Below are positions 35,494 through 40,474 of a DNA stretch of 40,474 bases, in pieces. How positions within the stretch are numbered: position 1 is the stretch's first letter; each line of letters opens with the position of its first letter. Under the pieces are notes generated by a model. It saw nothing but the letters and a program-made list of their open reading frames with translations. It was not told the origin of the DNA and searched no databases. Made by a program: the position numbers and the translations under genes. The stretch covers positions 1 to 40,474 of the forward strand of contig CAYIOJ010000001.1 in assembly GCA_964365025.1 (NCBI GenBank), written 5' to 3'. This DNA comes from an uncultured Gammaproteobacteria bacterium. Lineage in GTDB: Bacteria > Patescibacteriota > Patescibacteriia > Magasanikbacterales > UBA10003.

Positions 35494-36794
35494 ATAAATT
35501 GCGCCGAAAATTTGTCAAAAACACTGACAACATATTTAAGCATTTCTTTCGTCAAACCGGGGTAGCATCCTATCCAAAAAGTATTATTCATTACTGCATC
35601 TGTGTTGATTAAATCACCAACAACCCTATAATTCACCTTACAATCAATAAAATATGGCTGTTTTAAAATATTACCAGCGAACAAATATCTAGTGCCTATT
35701 TTTGCCTTTTGCAGATATTGAATAATCTGATTCCTGTCAAATGGCGCTTTCTCTTTTACGGTCAACAGAAATCCGAACCAACTTGGGTCGGCCTTATCTT
35801 GCCACGATGGTAGAATAAAATATTTTTCGTATTTTTTTAGATGATCGTACAAAAACTCAAAATTTTCTTTCCGTTTTTTAATAAAACCGTCCAATTTTTC
35901 CAATTGAGCCACGCCGATGGCGGCCTGTATGTCCGTCAACTTTAAATTATAACCAATCTCTGAATAAATATATTTATGGTCATAACCCAATGGCAATTCT
36001 CCCAACTGCCACTCAAATCTTTTACCACAAGTGTTGTCGTGTCCGGTTTTACACCAACAATCCCGGCCCCAATCACGCATTGACCTAATAATTTTATTAA
36101 GTACCGTGTCATTTGTAAAAAGCGCGCCGCCTTCACCCATAGTTATGTGATGAGCCGGATAAAAACTACTAGTTGAAATATGACCGAATGTGCCGGTAAA
36201 TTTTCCATTGTATTTGGAGCCCAGCGCGTCGCAATTATCTTCTATTAACCAAAGATTATTTTTCTGACAAATTTTGACAAGAGCGGCCAAATCAAACGGG
36301 TTGCCCAAGGTGTGGGCGATAAACACCGCTCTCGTTTTTGGCCCGATGGCTTTTTTAAATTTTTCAACATTAATATTATAACTACCCAAATCCACATCCA
36401 CAAATACCGGTGTCAAATTATTCTGGATTATAGGATTGACCGTGCTGGGAAAACCGGCGGCCACGGTTATGACTTCATCGCCATTTTTTAGCCTTTTATC
36501 TCCCAAACGCGCGGATTTCAAGGCAGACAGAGCCAGAAGATTGGCTGATGAACCGGAATTTACCAAAATGGCATATTTTATCCCGAGCCATTTACTTATT
36601 TTTTCTTCAAACAAATCACTAAACCGTCCTTCGGTCCACCAACCGTCTAAAATTGCCTCGGTAGCCAAAAAAATCTCCTGCTGATCAAATATTTTACCGG
36701 CGACAGGTATAAATGACTGCCCGGGGACAAACTTTTTTGGCAAAAATTTTGTCTTATACTCATCCAAAAGCGTCTGATGTAAATTTTTATTCAT
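35490..36794 (-). CDS. rfbH: RfbH/DdhC-type NDP-4-keto-6-deoxyhexose 3-dehydrase
   Basis: NSGSSANL, AHTLGNPFD, IEDNCDALG, SFYPAHHITMGEGG (His in place of PLP Lys), RDWGRDCWC..NTC, YDHKY. ATG 36794 preferred. Confidence 0.93.
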   Translation of the reverse strand: MNKNLHQTLLDEYKTKFLPKKFVPGQSFIPVAGKIFDQQEIFLATEAILDGWWTEGRFSDLFEEKISKWLGIKYAILVNSGSSANLLALSALKSARLGDKRLKNGDEVITVAAGFPSTVNPIIQNNLTPVFVDVDLGSYNINVEKFKKAIGPKTRAVFIAHTLGNPFDLAALVKICQKNNLWLIEDNCDALGSKYNGKFTGTFGHISTSSFYPAHHITMGEGGALFTNDTVLNKIIRSMRDWGRDCWCKTGHDNTCGKRFEWQLGELPLGYDHKYIYSEIGYNLKLTDIQAAIGVAQLEKLDGFIKKRKENFEFLYDHLKKYEKYFILPSWQDKADPSWFGFLLTVKEKAPFDRNQIIQYLQKAKIGTRYLFAGNILKQPYFIDCKVNYRVVGDLINTDAVMNNTFWIGCYPGLTKEMLKYVVSVFDKFSAQFI

Positions 36795-36799
36795 AAAAT

Positions 36800-37405
36800 T
36801 TATTCTTTCACACAAGTGATAAAAATACCATTAACCGGAATGTGCGCCAAATCGTTTCGCGTTTCATGTGCCACATTGTTGAATGCCTGGCGCGCAAGAT
36901 TTAAATAACTTTCTTTATCACGAACATGTTTACCACGATCCAGTGACAAAACTACTTTCGAGATTAATCCCTCATCAACCGAGCGGCACCCATCGCAAGT
37001 TACCAATCTACCTCCCAGCTTCAAGCATTTCTTGGCCAATTTGAACAAATCGATAGCTTCACCATCATTTAAATGATGTAAAACATTATTTGCCAAAACT
37101 ATATCAAAGCCGATGTTGGGGATACTTGTCTCGCTTAATTCTTGACAAAAAAATTCTCCACGATCGCCGTATTTTATTTTCGCCTCATTAATATACTTAG
37201 GACTTAAATCAAATCCATAATATCTAATTTGGGGCAAAAAATCAAGAATATCTGCTGGTCCGCAACCTATATCCAATATCGCGCCGCCTTCAACTGGTTT
37301 AACATATTTATCAACATATTCCTGAGTATGTTTTTTGTTTCTAACTAAATTTTGAAGCAACTTATAAATTGACGGATAAATTAAAATAGACCTTAAATCT
37401 AACAT
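36800..37405 (-). CDS. Class I SAM-dependent methyltransferase
   Basis: LDIGCGPA, GFDLS, FDIV..VLHHL, LKLGG, LDRG. ATG 37405 preferred. Confidence 0.9.
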   Translation of the reverse strand: MLDLRSILIYPSIYKLLQNLVRNKKHTQEYVDKYVKPVEGGAILDIGCGPADILDFLPQIRYYGFDLSPKYINEAKIKYGDRGEFFCQELSETSIPNIGFDIVLANNVLHHLNDGEAIDLFKLAKKCLKLGGRLVTCDGCRSVDEGLISKVVLSLDRGKHVRDKESYLNLARQAFNNVAHETRNDLAHIPVNGIFITCVKE

Positions 37406-37431
37406 AGCATAAATCAAAGATACTTTTGATT

Positions 37432-37460
37432 ATTTTATCATTTTTATCTTAAAATAGCAA
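37432..37460 (-). promoter_or_regulatory. sigma70-type internal promoter
   Basis: Minus strand TTGCTA-17 nt-TAAAAT with extended TG. Confidence 0.6.
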
Positions 37461-37636
37461 TGCCAGCGTTATTCATCACTATCTTACGGATTGACCGATA
37501 TCTGATAATCCTTGCTTCCAATCTGTCATCATCTTAAAACAATAACTGGATCGTTAAGTGTCGCAATCATACCGACAGGCAACTTCTATTGTGAGGGCAA
37601 GACTTTCTATTTTAATCAATTTGTGTCCAGTTGTAA

Positions 37637-39166
37637 TTATTTCTTAAGCACTTTGCGTCCCAAAAAATAAGTCCCTAAATAATATCTAATGACTCTTACC
37701 CGTCTAAAAATACAAAATTCGAGCGAAGGGGAAAAATAAAAAAGCGCCTGAGATAATTTGGCGAGTAATAAATCCGATTTTAAAAGCAAAAAAACACCCG
37801 GGTGCTTCTTATTAAAAACTGACCCGTGAAAAATGTGTTTAAATGTTAAATAAAAATCCGCAATCTCTTTCTTTAAATCATCTGAAAAATTAAAGAAGTT
37901 TTTATCAAGCGCGTATAAAGAGCTGACTTCCAAAATATTCGTAAAATATGCCCTCTGTTTAAAATAATAATCGGCATCCAAATACCATTCTTTCGCCTCT
38001 GGCGTTTCATCATAATAAATTGTGCCGGGTGTAGGACTTAATACGGTTGCCAGTAGTCTGTTGGTGTATTTTGTTAAACCCAAAAATGCTTCTTTCTCTT
38101 TTCTTATCAGTTCTGTATTTTCAAAAGGAAATCCAACCAGTATAAAGACTGCTGGGACTATGTTTTGCTTAGTGAACAAAGGAAAAACTTTATGAACAAG
38201 CTCAACCGATGTGTTTTTGTTTATTCCTTTAAGCGAGTCGGGCACCAGGCGCTCTAAACCAAAATTAAACCGGTAGAATCCGGCTTCTTTCATCAGGCGT
38301 ATGAGATCTTCATCGACGGTTTCTAGCTTTGTCTGACAAGAAAAGGTGATTTTTTTGTTTAAACCAGACTCAATAATTTTATTACAGAATTTAACAACTC
38401 GTTCGCGATTAAGCGTAAAATTATTATCGCAAAAAATTAAATAAAAAACTTTATATTTATCATATAAATCAACCACATTTTTAAATAGCCAATCCGCTGA
38501 TGCCATTCTTTTATCGTCTCTTTGGATTGAATCGGAGCAAAAATTACATCCAAAAGGACAGCCTCTTTGCCCGGTGATATTAAATAATCCGGGTTCATTT
38601 TTTGTTTTAATGTAATCATCGATGTTAAAAAGTTGATAATTTACAATAGGAACATCGTCTAAATTTTCTAAGGCTGGGAATTCTTTGGCAAAATGAAAAC
38701 TTCCGTCTTCTTTGATAAAGGAAACGCCGGGAATCAATTTGAGATCTTGTTTATACTGCGTCCTCTGATTCTCTATGTGCTTTAAAAGCGGAAGAATAAC
38801 TTTTTCGCCATCCCTATTGACTACCACGTCAACTCCGTGCCGCAGTGCTTCTTCAAAAGATCTCCTCATGTGGATTCCACCCGCAATTATCGGCATATTT
38901 GGAAAAATGGATTTAAATTTTAGAATTTGCCGATAAGTTTCATAGGCATTTTGGATTGATATGGCATAGGCCAGAACATCCGGCTTATATAAATTTATGG
39001 CTCTCAAAAAATCTTTTTCAGTATAATACTTGTAATGAGTATTATTATCTATAACTTTAACATCGTGTCCGGCATTGTGAGCTATCGTTGCGACAATCCC
39101 CACCCCAACACCAAGCACAGAGGTGGAAGATGTTAAACAAGAATTTCTGATAAATAATATCTTCAT
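37637..39166 (-). CDS. Cobalamin-binding radical SAM protein
   Basis: GHDVKVID, PDVL, IAGGIH, DGE; QRGCPFGCNFC; DNNFT, GLE, GFPFE, PTPGT. Confidence 0.92.
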   Translation of the reverse strand: MKILFIRNSCLTSSTSVLGVGVGIVATIAHNAGHDVKVIDNNTHYKYYTEKDFLRAINLYKPDVLAYAISIQNAYETYRQILKFKSIFPNMPIIAGGIHMRRSFEEALRHGVDVVVNRDGEKVILPLLKHIENQRTQYKQDLKLIPGVSFIKEDGSFHFAKEFPALENLDDVPIVNYQLFNIDDYIKTKNEPGLFNITGQRGCPFGCNFCSDSIQRDDKRMASADWLFKNVVDLYDKYKVFYLIFCDNNFTLNRERVVKFCNKIIESGLNKKITFSCQTKLETVDEDLIRLMKEAGFYRFNFGLERLVPDSLKGINKNTSVELVHKVFPLFTKQNIVPAVFILVGFPFENTELIRKEKEAFLGLTKYTNRLLATVLSPTPGTIYYDETPEAKEWYLDADYYFKQRAYFTNILEVSSLYALDKNFFNFSDDLKKEIADFYLTFKHIFHGSVFNKKHPGVFLLLKSDLLLAKLSQALFYFSPSLEFCIFRRVRVIRYYLGTYFLGRKVLKK

Positions 39167-39248
39167 GGTGTTCTCTAAGTCATTAAGTTAATTTTTATTA
39201 TCAAAACTTTTTTATCATATCTTGACAATCTAAACCTGGCACCAAACT

Positions 39249-40196
39249 CTAATCAAAATTTATTCTTTCTTTTTCAACCACCAGCGGTCTATGCTTTACT
39301 TGAGTATAAATTGCGCCAATGTATTCCCCAAGAATACCAATAAAAAATAATTGCACGGAGGCAAATAAAAATATACCGACAACGAGCGGCGCCAAACCGA
39401 GTTGAAATTCTTGCCAATTTAATAACTTACGGATTAAATAAATCAGGGCGACAGTAAAACTTATCATGGACATGCCAAATCCAATGAAACTAGCAAGCCG
39501 CAGTGGCAACTTAGAGTGATTGACAAAACCAAGCATGGCCACATCATAAAGAGTAAAAAAATTATTTTTGGTTTTTCCTTTTTTGCGAGTTGGCTGAAAA
39601 TATTCAACTTTCGCGCACAAACCACCAAATTCATTAATCAAACCGCGAAAATAAGGATACGGGTCGTCCAACTTTTTTAAAATATCTATAAATTTGCGAT
39701 CGTATAAACCAAAGCCAATAAAATTTTTAATATGATCATCTTCCGTAATCATTTTCAAAAGCACGTAATACAACTGACGCGCCCACTTAATTAATCCTTT
39801 TTCTTCGCTGTTGCTCCTAACGCCCACTACCACTTCGTAACCAGCTTCCCATTGTTCAAAAAATTTCTTGATTAATTCTGGCGGATCTTGCAGATCCGCT
39901 GCCAAAAATATAGCCGCGTCCCCTACGGTTTGAAGCAACGCGTGATAAGGTGACCGGATATGGCCAAAATTTCTGACATTTACTATAATTTTAACTCGCT
40001 TATCTTCTTTTGCAATATCTTTTAAAATCTCCACCGTTTTGTCCTTGGAAGCATTATCAATAAATATGTGTTCATAGTCATATTGCGGCAACGACGCAAA
40101 AATATCTTTGACTTGCTCATAAACAGCAACGACATTCTCCTGCTCATTAAAGCAGGGAGTAACAATGCTTATTTTTTTTCTAGATAATTCCAGCAT
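39249..40196 (-). CDS. GT2 polyprenyl-phosphate glycosyltransferase (GtrB/ArnC-like)
   Basis: PCFNEQEN, IDNASKD, RNFG, ADLQDPP, two C-terminal TM helices, GILGEYIG..RP. Confidence 0.93.
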   Translation of the reverse strand: MLELSRKKISIVTPCFNEQENVVAVYEQVKDIFASLPQYDYEHIFIDNASKDKTVEILKDIAKEDKRVKIIVNVRNFGHIRSPYHALLQTVGDAAIFLAADLQDPPELIKKFFEQWEAGYEVVVGVRSNSEEKGLIKWARQLYYVLLKMITEDDHIKNFIGFGLYDRKFIDILKKLDDPYPYFRGLINEFGGLCAKVEYFQPTRKKGKTKNNFFTLYDVAMLGFVNHSKLPLRLASFIGFGMSMISFTVALIYLIRKLLNWQEFQLGLAPLVVGIFLFASVQLFFIGILGEYIGAIYTQVKHRPLVVEKERINFD

Positions 40197-40208
40197 ATTA
40201 ATATTAAT

Positions 40209-40237
40209 AATGTACCATTTTTCTTCTAAAATGACAA
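40209..40237 (-). promoter_or_regulatory. sigma70-type promoter of GT2 gene
   Basis: Minus strand TTGTCA-17 nt-TACATT with extended TG, 12 nt before the ATG. Confidence 0.62.
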
Positions 40238-40250
40238 TATTTTTCTATGA

Positions 40251-40303
40251 TAAAATAAATTGCGCCCCGTCCTTAACTCCCTTGAGTTTTTTGGACGGAG
40301 CGC
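40251..40303 (-). terminator. Terminator of GC-rich gene entering from the right edge
   Basis: Minus strand GCGCTCCGTCC..AACTC-AAGG-GAGTT..GGACGGGGCGC followed by AATTTATTTT. Confidence 0.7.
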
Positions 40304-40339
40304 GCGTTGTGTCCGCTGTTTAAGTAGGTCTAATTGGCA

Positions 40340-40474
40340 CTATAGGCCTTGGCCACCATAGGCCTTGGCCACCATAGGGATGATGCTATCCCGATGGTGG
40401 TGGCAAGTGTTCGGCGGAAGCTGGTCAACAGGAAACCAACTGTGCCGATCGTCCTCGCGCGGCGGACCGCCAAG
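40340..40474 (-). CDS. C-terminal end of a GC-rich gene, possibly a NUDIX hydrolase (partial)
   Basis: Manual translation LGGPPREDDRHSWFPVDQLPPNTCHHHRDSIIPMVAKAYGGQGL*. WFPVDQLP resembles NUDIX C-termini; the Nudix box would be outside the window. Confidence 0.5.
   Translation of the reverse strand, partial: LGGPPREDDRHSWFPVDQLPPNTCHHHRDSIIPMVAKAYGGQGL
40342..40378. repeat. 16-bp tandem duplication (2.3 copies)
   Basis: ATAGGCCTTGGCCACC ATAGGCCTTGGCCACC ATAGG. Confidence 0.92.

Noticed and set aside
10692-36684. Many 60-140 aa plus-strand ORFs opposite the glycan genes
   Set aside because: Antisense to well-supported CDSs, with no recognisable motifs or expression signals.
40342-40378. CRISPR array
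   Set aside because: Repeat units are 16 bp, directly adjacent with no spacers, and no cas genes are present.
1-40474. tRNA, rRNA or known riboswitch (e.g. cobalamin riboswitch near the B12-dependent genes)
   Set aside because: No cloverleaf/T-loop pattern or B12-box recognised by eye in the intergenic regions. An Infernal/tRNAscan run would be needed to exclude them formally.

Overview
AT-rich bacterial window. Gene style (short or absent leaders, Lys-rich proteins, short intergenic palindromes) suggests a Patescibacteria/CPR genome; this is inference. About 33 kb is a surface-glycan locus. It holds a priming phosphoglycosyltransferase, ugd, a Wzx flippase and a legionaminic-acid-type nonulosonate pathway (dehydratase, aminotransferase, acyltransferase, NeuC/NeuB/NeuA). 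It also has a WbuX/HisH/HisF amidotransferase module, five radical SAM enzymes (three with cobalamin-binding domains), four SAM methyltransferases, a KpsS-like transferase, gmd, rfbH and a GT-C-like membrane protein. A small HTH gene behind a perfect TTGACA-17-TATAAT promoter heads a ~19-kb operon. GC-rich single-gene units sit among these genes; the three complete ones each have a TTGACA promoter, strong Shine-Dalgarno and terminator, and a fourth is cut by the window end. Two of them (2869-3939 and 8031-9050) encode distant homologues of one uncharacterised all-helical family with a conserved W-x5-PAHR-xx-A-x4-GV-x-Y motif. Two intergenic palindromic elements each carry a smaller nested palindrome. 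No rRNA, tRNA, CRISPR, integrase or transposase was recognised.
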